A stretch of 43,181 bases of DNA, from contig JBBDIZ010000009.1 of assembly GCA_040880145.1 (NCBI GenBank), positions 1 through 43,181 of the forward strand, in the 5' to 3' direction. Of this stretch, positions 27,528-37,009 are shown piece by piece. The translations under genes and the position numbers were made by a program. Under the pieces are notes generated by a model that was not told where the DNA came from, ran no database searches, and saw nothing but the letters and a program-made list of their open reading frames with translations. Every line of letters starts with the position of its first letter. Within the stretch, counting starts at the first letter, position 1. The DNA comes from Simkaniaceae bacterium (GTDB lineage Bacteria > Chlamydiota > Chlamydiia > Chlamydiales > JAJFMI01).

Positions 27528-27734
27528 ATGTTTAAAAAAGTCAATACTATAGCCACTTTACTTCTCGTAATTGGCGGATTAAATTGGGGATTAGTCGGAT
27601 TTTTCGACTTTAACTTTGTAGAATACTTCACTTGCCAAGAATGGCTTGTGACGCTTCTTTACGTTTTTATTGGATTTGCAGCTCTTTTCTGGGCAATTGC
27701 TTGGAAAGAGATACAAAAAATGAATAAAAGCTAA
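27528..27734 (+). CDS. DUF378-type small membrane protein (tandem paralog)
   Basis: LLVIGGLNWGLVGFFDFNFV...LYVFIGFAALF. Confidence 0.88.
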   Translation: MFKKVNTIATLLLVIGGLNWGLVGFFDFNFVEYFTCQEWLVTLLYVFIGFAALFWAIAWKEIQKMNKS

Positions 27735-27746
27735 TAAGATCTCTAT

Positions 27747-27790
27747 ACAAGGGTCTTAAGCAATTTTTTTGCTTAAGCTCTTGTTTTTAT
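27747..27790 (+). terminator. Intrinsic terminator after the DUF378 pair
   Basis: Hairpin acaagggtcttaagcaa-ttttt-ttgcttaagctcttgt followed by a T-run. Confidence 0.75.
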
Positions 27791-27816
27791 TTATCCCCTC
27801 TCACTAAAATAACGGC

Positions 27817-28683
27817 ATGAAAAAATTAATTCTTGCATGCTTGTCTCTATCATTTGTATTAAATGCCAAACTTGTCGACACAGGCTCCCATGACTATTGC
27901 CGCCAAGAAAGCCGGGTCTTTTTTGAATACCCAAACGACGACCCTCGCTTATTTTTACTCTCCTCTCAAACAAGTGGCAGCCACTTCTTGATGTATATCA
28001 TCCAATATTTCACCCATCAAGTATGGCAATCGTCCCATAAAAAATATGCCTTTTTTAATCAATGCCGAGATGATGAAAAAAATTTTTATCGAGCCCATCA
28101 AGTGGAAGGGACCACTCTTTTTAACGAACCTCATGGCTACTACTTCCCCTTTGAAAAAGAGAAGGATTCTCTTATCTTCCTCATCAGAAGTCTAAAAGAA
28201 CTAGTCTACAAGTCAAATGCAGAAGCAATAAATAAGGCGGTCAACTCTGCTTCCCCGTATGAGCGCCTCAAGACCATCTTCCTTCGATATAAGCTTCCCC
28301 TGCACCAATGCAATGGCTCCTATATCGATCAATATTTTAAAAACATCAACCTCTATCGAAGCTGGCCTGAAAAACGCCGCGTCCTTGTAAGATTTAGTGA
28401 TTTAATGAAGAACAATCTAGAACCCGTCATTCGATCGATCGACTCGATCCACCCCATCTACAATCTTGAAAAGCTAACTATATTCGACAAAAACCTAAAA
28501 GCCCATCGCAATCGCTGTGTTAAGTTGACAAGAGCGTTGAATTGGACCCCATGTCGATCCGTAATCAATTATGATTATAAAGAAACAGAGACCTATAAAA
28601 AATATTCTGAATTGCTGGATCAAATTATCGAAGAGTTCTATCCGGAGCATTTTGACTTTTTAGTCGAAGAAAACCTCCTTTAA
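27817..28683 (+). CDS. Divergent sulfotransferase-like protein, signal peptide
   Basis: LLSSQTSGSHFLMYII (PSB-loop-like), FYRAH, LIFLIRSLKE and VLVRFSDLM follow the sulfotransferase motif order. Confidence 0.55.
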   Translation: MKKLILACLSLSFVLNAKLVDTGSHDYCRQESRVFFEYPNDDPRLFLLSSQTSGSHFLMYIIQYFTHQVWQSSHKKYAFFNQCRDDEKNFYRAHQVEGTTLFNEPHGYYFPFEKEKDSLIFLIRSLKELVYKSNAEAINKAVNSASPYERLKTIFLRYKLPLHQCNGSYIDQYFKNINLYRSWPEKRRVLVRFSDLMKNNLEPVIRSIDSIHPIYNLEKLTIFDKNLKAHRNRCVKLTRALNWTPCRSVINYDYKETETYKKYSELLDQIIEEFYPEHFDFLVEENLL

Positions 28684-28721
28684 AAAAGAGCTCGAATTTT
28701 TTTGATTTAGATTGCCTAGAG

Positions 28722-29747
28722 CTAGTTCCTATTGTTTATAGCCTGATTCTCTTTAACTTCCAGATCCTCAAATAATTTGTAGTAACAATGACTGTCATAA
28801 TTAAGAATTTTTACAAGTTTTGCAATCTCAATAAAAACAGGTGCTAACTGCTTAATGTTATAATCAGAAATTTCTACAGGAGCATTAAAATTAAATTGAT
28901 TGAGCTTGCCTTCCTTGATTTTATTAAAAATAATTTTATCTGATGATTCTTTTATTAGAAGTTCAGAAGAGATACCCTGTTTAGAAAAGAGAGCTTGTAT
29001 TTTTTCAACTGCCATCTGCAAAATAGGGTTTATGTCTCCAATAAGATTCATTAAAGCACGGTTCAGTTTTATTGCGTCTTTTTCGCATTGAGTCATATTT
29101 TTAATATTTTTTCTAGAAACTTCAGTAGTAAGGTTTTGAATTTTTGCTTCTAGCTGGAGTATTTTAGCTTCATATTTATCTATTTTATCATAAAAATTCT
29201 CGGCACATTTCTCCACAAAACTCTCACCTTCATGCTCAATGTTTTCAGAGATAAACTGAGAAAGTCCATATACTTTATTAGATAAATCGATCAAAATTTT
29301 AGTATTCTCGAATAAAGAAATTTTTAATTCCTTATTTTCAGGCTCTAATTTCTTATTTTTAAGCTTAGATTTATCTTCAAATTCACCTACATCTTTAGCA
29401 ACATCATTAAGTAAGGAATTGAGCGCTCCCAATTCTTCCAACACATCCCGGTTTGGCAGTTTCTCATTAAAATTGTTGAGATCCCGGTTTGGCAGTTTCT
29501 CATTAGAATTGTTTATATCATTTTTATCAGAAACAGAAACTGTTTCGGATGAATTAGAATTAAAAAACACAGGATTATTATTTACTTCTTTAAAAAAATA
29601 GTTGAATGAAATTGTATTTATTATAATTTTAAGAATATCTTTAACTAAAATACAAAGGGCACTAAAGGTACTAATATCGTGTGTTTCATTTTGGTAATAG
29701 TAGTTAAATTCTTTAGTAGATTCGGCTTTATAAGTAACGCCTGACAT
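28722..29747 (-). CDS. AT-rich orphan coiled-coil protein (N/K/E-rich)
   Basis: Open frame of about 341 aa with a hydrophobic patch near the N-terminus, heptad-like central region and internal 12-aa duplication. ATG 29747 follows GAGG. Confidence 0.7.
   Translation of the reverse strand: MSGVTYKAESTKEFNYYYQNETHDISTFSALCILVKDILKIIINTISFNYFFKEVNNNPVFFNSNSSETVSVSDKNDINNSNEKLPNRDLNNFNEKLPNRDVLEELGALNSLLNDVAKDVGEFEDKSKLKNKKLEPENKELKISLFENTKILIDLSNKVYGLSQFISENIEHEGESFVEKCAENFYDKIDKYEAKILQLEAKIQNLTTEVSRKNIKNMTQCEKDAIKLNRALMNLIGDINPILQMAVEKIQALFSKQGISSELLIKESSDKIIFNKIKEGKLNQFNFNAPVEISDYNIKQLAPVFIEIAKLVKILNYDSHCYYKLFEDLEVKENQAINNRN
29445..29516. repeat. 36-bp tandem duplication (in frame)
   Basis: atcccggtttggcagtttctcatta(a/g)aattgtt.. 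starts at 29445 and 29481; encodes NNxNEKLPNRD twice. Confidence 0.9.
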
Positions 29748-29858
29748 ATTCAACCTCTTATTATTCTAAAAAGATTATACAGCAAAGCGTTATTAACATC
29801 AAGTAAATAATATTTTTATTAAAAAATAGTTTACATTATCAACAATTAACACCCCCGA

Positions 29859-31853
29859 CTATTTAGATAAGAGTGAGGCATCTTCTAGAATTTCAAAATT
29901 TTGATAAAAACGAACTTCGTCTCGAAGACGGGCTGCTTCTTCGAAGCGCCACTCTTTTGCAGCTGCCTTCATTTCTGATTCGAGCTTTTCGATGCGTTTT
30001 CGAATATCTTTGGGTTTCAGTTTTCGATTTTGCGTCTCCTCCTTGAGCTTATAGCCAAAAAAGGTCTCTTTGAGATCTTTTGGCCCGCTTTTGGTCACGC
30101 TTTTTGGAATAATCCCATGCTTAAGGTTGTAAGCCTCTTGAATGGAGCGTCTTTCTTTTGTAATCCGCAAGGTCTCCTTAATGGAATTGGTCTCTTTATC
30201 CGCATACATAATGACACGGCCCAGTCGATTACGGGCTGCGCGTCCGCATGTTTGAATCAGAGCGGTTTGACTTCGAAGGAATCCCTCTTTATCCGCATCT
30301 AAAATTGCCACTAAAGTCACTTCAGGTATGTCGAGTCCTTCTCTTAACAGATTGATCCCAACAAGAACGTCAAATCGGCCTTCTCGAAGCTCATTGATGA
30401 TTTGGATTCTTTCGATGGTCTCGATGTCGGAGTGAAGATACTTGGCTTTCACCCCAATTTCTGAGAGATATTTAGAGAGATCTTCTGCCAGCTTTTTAGT
30501 CAGGGTTGTGACAAGAATACGCCCCCCTTTTCCGCTTTCAACACGTATCTCTTCTAAAACATCATCGACTTGCTCCTCAGCTCGGCGAATTTCAATATTT
30601 GGATCGAGAAGTCCGGTAGGTCGGATAATTTGCTGAACAATCTCTCCTCCCGCCTTTTCGACCTCAAAAGGAGCAGGTGTAGCTGAAACATAGATGACTT
30701 GTTGAACGCGTTGATCAAATTCTTCAAATTTTAACGGGCGGTTATCGTAGGCAGAAGGAAGGCGGAAGCCAAATTCGATGAGTGATTCCTTTCGCGATCG
30801 GTCTCCATTATACATGGCTCTCACTTGAGGAATCATGACATGAGACTCATCGATAAAGAGTAAATAATTTTCCGGAAAATAATCGATTAAACATGCCGAA
30901 GGCTCCCCTTCACCTCGTTTACTGAAGTGCCGGGAGTAGTTTTCAATGCCCTTGCAAAAACCAATTTCTTTGATCATTTCCAGGTCATATTTCGTTCGCT
31001 CATTAATGCGCTGCTCTTCGATAAAACGCTGATTCAACGCAAATTCATTCGCCCGCTCAACAAGCTCGGTTGAAATCGTCTCTATAGCATCTTCGCGCAC
31101 CTCATTTGGAGTGACATGGTGGGACCCGGGATAAATCACAACCTGCTCCCGTCGTTTTAAAACACGCCCGGTTAGAGGATCGATTTCACTAATTCTCTCT
31201 AGCTCTTCATCGAAGAACTCGAGTCTATAAGCTAAGTCTTCTTCATAAGAAGGAACGATTTCTAAAATATCGCCTCTTACTCGAAACTTCCCCCGAGAAA
31301 GTTCGATATCATTTCTCTCATAATGAAGCTCGATTAAATGCAATAAAATGTCATCTCTTCGGTACTCTTTATTCACTTCCATAATCAACTTCATATTACG
31401 GTAGTGCTCAGGGGAGCCCAGTCCATAGATGCAGCTTACAGATGAAATGATGATCACATCATCCCTTTCAATCAATGAGCGCGTTGCAGAATGCCTCATT
31501 TTATCGATGTTATCATTGATCGAGAGATCTTTTTCGATGTAGGTGTCTGATCGGGCTATGTAGGCTTCAGGCTGATAGTAATCGTAATAGCTGACAAAGT
31601 ATTCGACGGCGTTTTCGGGAAAAAATCCTTTAAACTCTTGATAGAGCTGAGCCGCCAATGTCTTATTGTGCGCGAGTATCAGAGTCGGTCTCTGACACTT
31701 AGCGATGATATTTGCCATTGTAAACGTTTTTCCGGAGCCTGTCACTCCAAGAAGAACTTGGCTTTTCTTGCCCTCGTCAAGCCCTCTTGTGAGTTTTTCA
31801 ATCGCCTGAGGTTGGTCTCCCGTCGGCTTAAAATCTGTAACGAGCTTAAACAT
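29859..31853 (-). CDS. uvrB: Excinuclease ABC subunit B
   Basis: Motifs PTGDQPQAI, GVTGSGKT, YFVSYYDYYQPEAY, DESH, GFRLPSAYDNRPL, GINLLREGLD and a C-terminal UVR domain FEEAARLRD. Confidence 0.98.
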   Translation of the reverse strand: MFKLVTDFKPTGDQPQAIEKLTRGLDEGKKSQVLLGVTGSGKTFTMANIIAKCQRPTLILAHNKTLAAQLYQEFKGFFPENAVEYFVSYYDYYQPEAYIARSDTYIEKDLSINDNIDKMRHSATRSLIERDDVIIISSVSCIYGLGSPEHYRNMKLIMEVNKEYRRDDILLHLIELHYERNDIELSRGKFRVRGDILEIVPSYEEDLAYRLEFFDEELERISEIDPLTGRVLKRREQVVIYPGSHHVTPNEVREDAIETISTELVERANEFALNQRFIEEQRINERTKYDLEMIKEIGFCKGIENYSRHFSKRGEGEPSACLIDYFPENYLLFIDESHVMIPQVRAMYNGDRSRKESLIEFGFRLPSAYDNRPLKFEEFDQRVQQVIYVSATPAPFEVEKAGGEIVQQIIRPTGLLDPNIEIRRAEEQVDDVLEEIRVESGKGGRILVTTLTKKLAEDLSKYLSEIGVKAKYLHSDIETIERIQIINELREGRFDVLVGINLLREGLDIPEVTLVAILDADKEGFLRSQTALIQTCGRAARNRLGRVIMYADKETNSIKETLRITKERRSIQEAYNLKHGIIPKSVTKSGPKDLKETFFGYKLKEETQNRKLKPKDIRKRIEKLESEMKAAAKEWRFEEAARLRDEVRFYQNFEILEDASLLSK

Positions 31854-31856
31854 CTC

Positions 31857-33038
31857 TCAAATGTTCCAATGATGAACGATATCGATCAAGAGAACAATAA
31901 GAGCAAACATCATTACAGCGCTTAATAAAAAACGCCCAAGAGGCTTTTTGTAAAAAGGAGGAGTGTCGATCTTCCAAGCCATGGCCGATGGCAAAAAAAT
32001 CAGCAAAATAGCCACAAAAGCTCCAGAATACTCTAAAGCGAGTATAAACCCCTTTTGGTAGTTAAAAACAAAGAAAAGAGGGGGAATAAAGGTCAACGCC
32101 AAGGCAATCAATCTTCCTGCAATTGTTTTTTTTATCTTAAATCCATCAATAAAAAAGTCTGAAAGCGAAAGTGAAACGCCTAAAAAAGAAGTTGCGATAG
32201 CAAAGAATGAAAAAAAGTGTGCAAAAGTGGCAATCCAACGACTTTGAACGATTTTTGCTAAAACAGACGTTATCGTTCCCCCTTCTTGATAACTGCTCGA
32301 CAGCTCTGCAAAGGGGACGATCCCAAGAGTAATCACCTGCCAAATGGCATAAACGCATAAACTGAGCGCACTCCCCACCACAATTGTAATCACCAAATGG
32401 CGTCGATCATGTTTCATATAAGTTGTTAGGGAGGGAATGATAATGTGATAGCCAAAAGATGCGATAATAATGGGTAGAGAAAAAGGGAGCGCTTTCATAT
32501 TAACGTGGCTAAGATAGTTAATATTGATATCTCTTGAGCTCGAAGTGATTAAAAAGAGATAACTAACAAGGAGGCCGATCATCAAGAACCTGTTGACTAA
32601 ATCCACTTCTTCAGTCCCAAAATAGATAAAGCCTCCAAAGATCAGAGGGAGTAAAAAGGGGGCCAAATAAGAAGATAGGGAATAATGAGTCGCTTTAAAA
32701 AAAGCTTGTTGAAAAAGCGGGGTGCTCGCCGAAATATAAGCAGCAATCAAAGAGTAGAGCAGTAATAGATAGATAACCCAACTGACTCCTTTCCAGACCG
32801 GGCCTAATGTTTTATGGGCCATGGTGATCATGTTCGGCTCGCCCTTAAGCGAGAGGTTGACATCGAGAAAAAAAAAGGCCGATAAAAGCATGACTAGCCA
32901 GCAAAGAGCAAAAAGCCCTAAAGAGGGCCAAAGGCCGACGATTCCGGTAGACAAGGGGGTCGCAAGCATACCTGCCCCGATAGTCGTTCCGGAGACTAAA
33001 AAAATGCCCCCCAAAAAATGGTTGATTTTAAGACTCAT
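31857..33038 (-). CDS. tyrP: Aromatic amino acid permease (TyrP/Mtr family)
   Basis: Motifs GTTIGAGMLA, SFGYHIIIPSL and AIATSFLGV; multiple TMs. TAATG overlap gives a start at 33038. Confidence 0.88.
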   Translation of the reverse strand: MSLKINHFLGGIFLVSGTTIGAGMLATPLSTGIVGLWPSLGLFALCWLVMLLSAFFFLDVNLSLKGEPNMITMAHKTLGPVWKGVSWVIYLLLLYSLIAAYISASTPLFQQAFFKATHYSLSSYLAPFLLPLIFGGFIYFGTEEVDLVNRFLMIGLLVSYLFLITSSSRDININYLSHVNMKALPFSLPIIIASFGYHIIIPSLTTYMKHDRRHLVITIVVGSALSLCVYAIWQVITLGIVPFAELSSSYQEGGTITSVLAKIVQSRWIATFAHFFSFFAIATSFLGVSLSLSDFFIDGFKIKKTIAGRLIALALTFIPPLFFVFNYQKGFILALEYSGAFVAILLIFLPSAMAWKIDTPPFYKKPLGRFLLSAVMMFALIVLLIDIVHHWNI

Positions 33039-34276
33039 TACGGTCCTTTTACAAGAGGCCAACCCAGCATTGATGAAACTTGGTAGATAAAGACAAATAG
33101 AGCAAATAAGGAGATGGCTGCTAGGGCAATTCTGCCGCCTCTAACCTGATAATCTGCTTGTTTTTTTTGTCGATAGCGTCCAATCCAAACCATAAGAGCC
33201 GGCAGAATTCCAAATAAAATTACGGCGCAAAAACCTCCGGCAAAGCTAAGTGCCGAGAAAAAGAGTTGGGGCCAAATCATCGTAAAAATCAAGGGGGGAA
33301 CTAAAGCGAGCAAACACATCCAGGGATTTTCTCGATCGCCGTGAGGAAGTTTAAATCCATCTGCTAGAAAATGTGATAGCGATAGCGATTGAGCAAGAAG
33401 CGAGGTCAAAATAGCAAAAAAAGCGAGGCTTTGAGCAAAATAACCCACAATTGATTGCTGCAAATAGTATTTAATCGCTTGGGCGGCATCGATATCATGC
33501 AAATAGCTTTGAATAATCCCTCCCTTCCCCTCAATCGGTAAAATGGAAAGAGCAATAATCTCCCATATTAGATAAATACAAAGAGTCAGGAAAGAGCCCA
33601 TAATGATCGCTTTTTTAACTCTTTGAATATCTCCTTTCATGTAATTTGTAAGTGTCGGAATCATATTATGAAAACCAAAAGAAGTAATCAAAACAGGGAG
33701 AGCAATCAAAGCATACTGACTCTTTGTTTCCATCAAGAGTTTTGGCTGAATATAGCGTCCGCTTACAACAATCAATAAAAGAAAGAACCCAATCTTTCCA
33801 AGCATCAAAAATCGATTTAAAAAATCAACAGAACGCGTCCCCAAAAAAATAATCCATCCAAAAAAAAGAACGAAAAAAAGCGTACCGGACCAGTCGGGTA
33901 TCGTAAAGGGAAGCAAATACTCAGAAAAAGTTTGAACGTGATTACCGCTTCCCGACATGTACGCAACAAGCAAGGAGTAAAAAAGAAGAAGATAGAGGAA
34001 CCAACTGATAATCCGCCCCCCTCTTCCTAAAATTTCGGTAACCATCGTTAAAAGATTCACTGGACGCTTATGCCATCCATTCACTTCAACAAGTAAAAGC
34101 CCCGTTGAGGTCATAAAAATCCAAGCAATAAAAAAAAGAACCATCGAGGGGAAAAATCCGGCAAGACCTGTCATAATAGGAAGCGCCAGCATCCCAGCTC
34201 CAATACAGCTTCCCGCAATTAGGAGCATTCCTCCCCAAAGAGAGCCCGGGGGTTTAGAGGATGAAGCAAAACTCAT
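33038..34276 (-). CDS. tyrP: Aromatic amino acid permease (TyrP/Mtr family), second paralog
   Basis: Motifs GSCIGAGMLALP, SFGFHNMIPTL and FAILTS. Confidence 0.88.
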   Translation of the reverse strand: MSFASSSKPPGSLWGGMLLIAGSCIGAGMLALPIMTGLAGFFPSMVLFFIAWIFMTSTGLLLVEVNGWHKRPVNLLTMVTEILGRGGRIISWFLYLLLFYSLLVAYMSGSGNHVQTFSEYLLPFTIPDWSGTLFFVLFFGWIIFLGTRSVDFLNRFLMLGKIGFFLLLIVVSGRYIQPKLLMETKSQYALIALPVLITSFGFHNMIPTLTNYMKGDIQRVKKAIIMGSFLTLCIYLIWEIIALSILPIEGKGGIIQSYLHDIDAAQAIKYYLQQSIVGYFAQSLAFFAILTSLLAQSLSLSHFLADGFKLPHGDRENPWMCLLALVPPLIFTMIWPQLFFSALSFAGGFCAVILFGILPALMVWIGRYRQKKQADYQVRGGRIALAAISLFALFVFIYQVSSMLGWPLVKGP

Positions 34277-35904
34277 GATTTTTTATCCTTTAATTTTTCA
34301 ACCGTTCTGATTTCTGCGCTGAGGCGGCCGAGCTCATAACCTTCAAAATCAACAAAGTTAAATAGAGGTTCAAATTCGGGAAAAATCCTACACACTTGTT
34401 TTGCCATTTCTTGAGCGACATAGCGATACATGGGATGCCCGGCAGGTGAAGAGCGAAGTTCTGTAATCCACTGCAAAGAGCGTAAATTCACATGAAAATA
34501 CCAGCGAATATTGTAAGCCATTGGAACGACATACTGCGCTTCTTCCGGAAGTTCTTTTGCAATGATTTCATAAGCTGTTTTTGCTCTTTCCATTGCTTCG
34601 ACATACTCTTTTTCAAGCTCTGTCCCCTTGATTTCCTGGGGCAAGTAGAACCCATAATCCGAGCAGAGCGTTTGACGCTCTTGAGTTAACATGCGATGAC
34701 GCTGGAGATCTCGATAGATGCCAAAATCTGCAGTAATCTCAAAAGTAAAGGTTGCATGCTCTAAAGCACGTGGAGATTTGTGACGACGATTCTCACGAAT
34801 TTGGCCAAGCTCTTGAAAAATAGCTTTTAACTCCTCTTTATTCATCTTTTCTGTATGCATTTTCAGCTCTTCTAAGCCGTGCTTGGACCCGCTGAAAAGA
34901 AGAGCGGCCGCGACTTGAGAGGGCGCCTTTTCGTTAAAATCTACTAATTGAACACCTGCACCTTCACTTAAGGGAAGCTCCTTCGTCTCACGATCGATGA
35001 AGCCTCGAAGCATATGATTTAAGCGCTCCTGATAGTCTGAAAATGTTTTTTGATGACGATGAGAAGGCTCAGAGCGTCGAATGAAGGAAGGAATTACTTT
35101 AGAAAGTTCGAAATAAGCCTTTTTCCCCACTTCTTGGAGTTCGGCTAAATTATGTCCATTTAATCGCTGAATCAAAGACTCAAAAAAACGCCCATTTCCA
35201 TATACACCCATATTTGTCAAAGCGCTTGTCGGCAAAAGCCCTCGTAAGCAATCAAGCACTTTTGCTCTTAAAGCTGCTGTGTAGGCCACCTTGGATATTG
35301 AAGGATCTTTTGGAAATCCCTTTTCGATTTTTTCTGTTAAAACAGGAATCAACCGGCCATAAACCTCATAAAGGTGGTTGCAAGTTTCCAAATAAAGATT
35401 TCGATAAGCGCTCGTCATGATGACAGGTTCTCGATAGAAAAGGTATTCGCCTTTCACTTTTTGATCAAAATAAATATAGCGAGTCGATTTTTCAAGCGGC
35501 GAGCCCCCTATTCGACAATCTTCAATCACCTTTGCTGCCATCATGCTAATATTTTCAACAGCTAGATGAGCCCCTCCTAGTTCGCCAATTGAGTCATCTC
35601 CATAGCCATCTAGGATTCGATCGTAAAAATTTTGCGCTTTTTTGATCGCAACCATTTGACTGTCTCCACCGGACTCTGTCGAATCATGACCCGCAATCGA
35701 GCCAAATGCCGTCTCTTCATTTAGAATAAAGTCTTTTAATAATAGCGATCGAAGGCCGAGAACCGAGCGAGAGTAGCGGGAAAAAAGAGCTCCCTTAATG
35801 ACCTCTGGAAGGTTGCGGAGGACAAAAATATTGCTTTCTGTATTTGTCACATATTGCTTTAAAATTTTGCATTGACTCTCAGTGAAATCTTCATAATTTT
35901 CCAT
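34273..35904 (-). CDS. thyX: FAD-dependent thymidylate synthase, double-domain type
   Basis: Motifs ALFSRYSRS, YGDDSIGEL, SPLEKSTRY, RALEH, RDLQRHR and ELRS; about 543 aa. Confidence 0.9.
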   Translation of the reverse strand: MENYEDFTESQCKILKQYVTNTESNIFVLRNLPEVIKGALFSRYSRSVLGLRSLLLKDFILNEETAFGSIAGHDSTESGGDSQMVAIKKAQNFYDRILDGYGDDSIGELGGAHLAVENISMMAAKVIEDCRIGGSPLEKSTRYIYFDQKVKGEYLFYREPVIMTSAYRNLYLETCNHLYEVYGRLIPVLTEKIEKGFPKDPSISKVAYTAALRAKVLDCLRGLLPTSALTNMGVYGNGRFFESLIQRLNGHNLAELQEVGKKAYFELSKVIPSFIRRSEPSHRHQKTFSDYQERLNHMLRGFIDRETKELPLSEGAGVQLVDFNEKAPSQVAAALLFSGSKHGLEELKMHTEKMNKEELKAIFQELGQIRENRRHKSPRALEHATFTFEITADFGIYRDLQRHRMLTQERQTLCSDYGFYLPQEIKGTELEKEYVEAMERAKTAYEIIAKELPEEAQYVVPMAYNIRWYFHVNLRSLQWITELRSSPAGHPMYRYVAQEMAKQVCRIFPEFEPLFNFVDFEGYELGRLSAEIRTVEKLKDKKS

Positions 35905-35981
35905 AAACACTTCCCAATAAATTGCCTCAAAGCATAAATTAACTTCTATTGTAACCCCTCTATCTTTTCTCGTACACCCCT

Positions 35982-36959
35982 ATGGCTGAAATGGATTTAA
36001 TCAAACGACCGAGACGCAATCGAAAAAATTCAGAAATCCGCGCTCTCGTGCAAGAAACCTACCTTTTAAAAAGCGATCTTGTTCAGCCCTATTTTGTGAT
36101 CGATGGCAGCCAAAAAAAAGAGCCCATCAAAGAAATGCCGGAGATTGAACGGCTTTCTATCGATGAATTAATTTTAGAAGTCGCACCCCTTCACAAAATG
36201 GGTCTTCTTGCTATTGCCCTTTTTCCAGTGATCCCAGCCAGTCAAAGGTCTGAAAAAGGTTTAGAGGCTCTAAACCCAAAGGGGCTGATTCCAAGGGCTG
36301 TAAAAGAGTTGAAAAAAGCCCTTCCCTCTTTGCTTATCATTACAGATATTGCCCTCGACCCTTACACAACACACGGCCATGACGGCCTATTAAACAATCG
36401 ATTCGAAGTTGACAATGATCTAACGATAGAAACGCTCAAAGCCCAAGCGCTTGTCCATGCTAGAGCCGGCGCTGACATTGTAGCCCCGAGCGATATGATG
36501 GACGGCCGCATTGGGGCCATCCGAAAAGAGCTCGATAGAGCCGGATATCATCAAACCTCTATTCTCTCTTACACGGCAAAGTATGCTTCAACCCTTTACT
36601 CGCCATTTAGAAGCGCCCTAAAGACGCCGCCGGCTTTCAAAGATAAAAAAAGCTACCAAATGAATCCCGCAAATGTACGGGAAGCGCTCCTTGAAAGTGC
36701 TTTAGATGAAAGCGAGGGAGCCGATATTCTAATGATTAAACCCGCAACACTCTATCTCGATGTCATTACAAAAATTCGCGATACGACCTTTTTACCGATA
36801 GCGGCCTATCACGTTAGCGGTGAATACAGCCTGATAGCTCAAAGCTCCTCATCCTTTGACAAAGAGGCTTTATTTTTTGAAACACTGCTGAGTATCAAAC
36901 GTGCCGGAGCCGATATGATTTTCTCCTATGCCGCAAAAAAAATGCTTCTTGTTCTTTAA
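35982..36959 (+). CDS. hemB: Porphobilinogen synthase (Asp-rich, Zn-independent type)
   Basis: Motifs RPRRNR, DIALDPYTTHGHDG, APSDMMDGR, YSPFR, MIKP and AYHVSGEY. Confidence 0.96.
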   Translation: MAEMDLIKRPRRNRKNSEIRALVQETYLLKSDLVQPYFVIDGSQKKEPIKEMPEIERLSIDELILEVAPLHKMGLLAIALFPVIPASQRSEKGLEALNPKGLIPRAVKELKKALPSLLIITDIALDPYTTHGHDGLLNNRFEVDNDLTIETLKAQALVHARAGADIVAPSDMMDGRIGAIRKELDRAGYHQTSILSYTAKYASTLYSPFRSALKTPPAFKDKKSYQMNPANVREALLESALDESEGADILMIKPATLYLDVITKIRDTTFLPIAAYHVSGEYSLIAQSSSSFDKEALFFETLLSIKRAGADMIFSYAAKKMLLVL

Positions 36960-37009
36960 AAAAAATTAACTTTTTGTATCATAGAAAGGATTCAAAACAG
37001 GTTTTTTTT

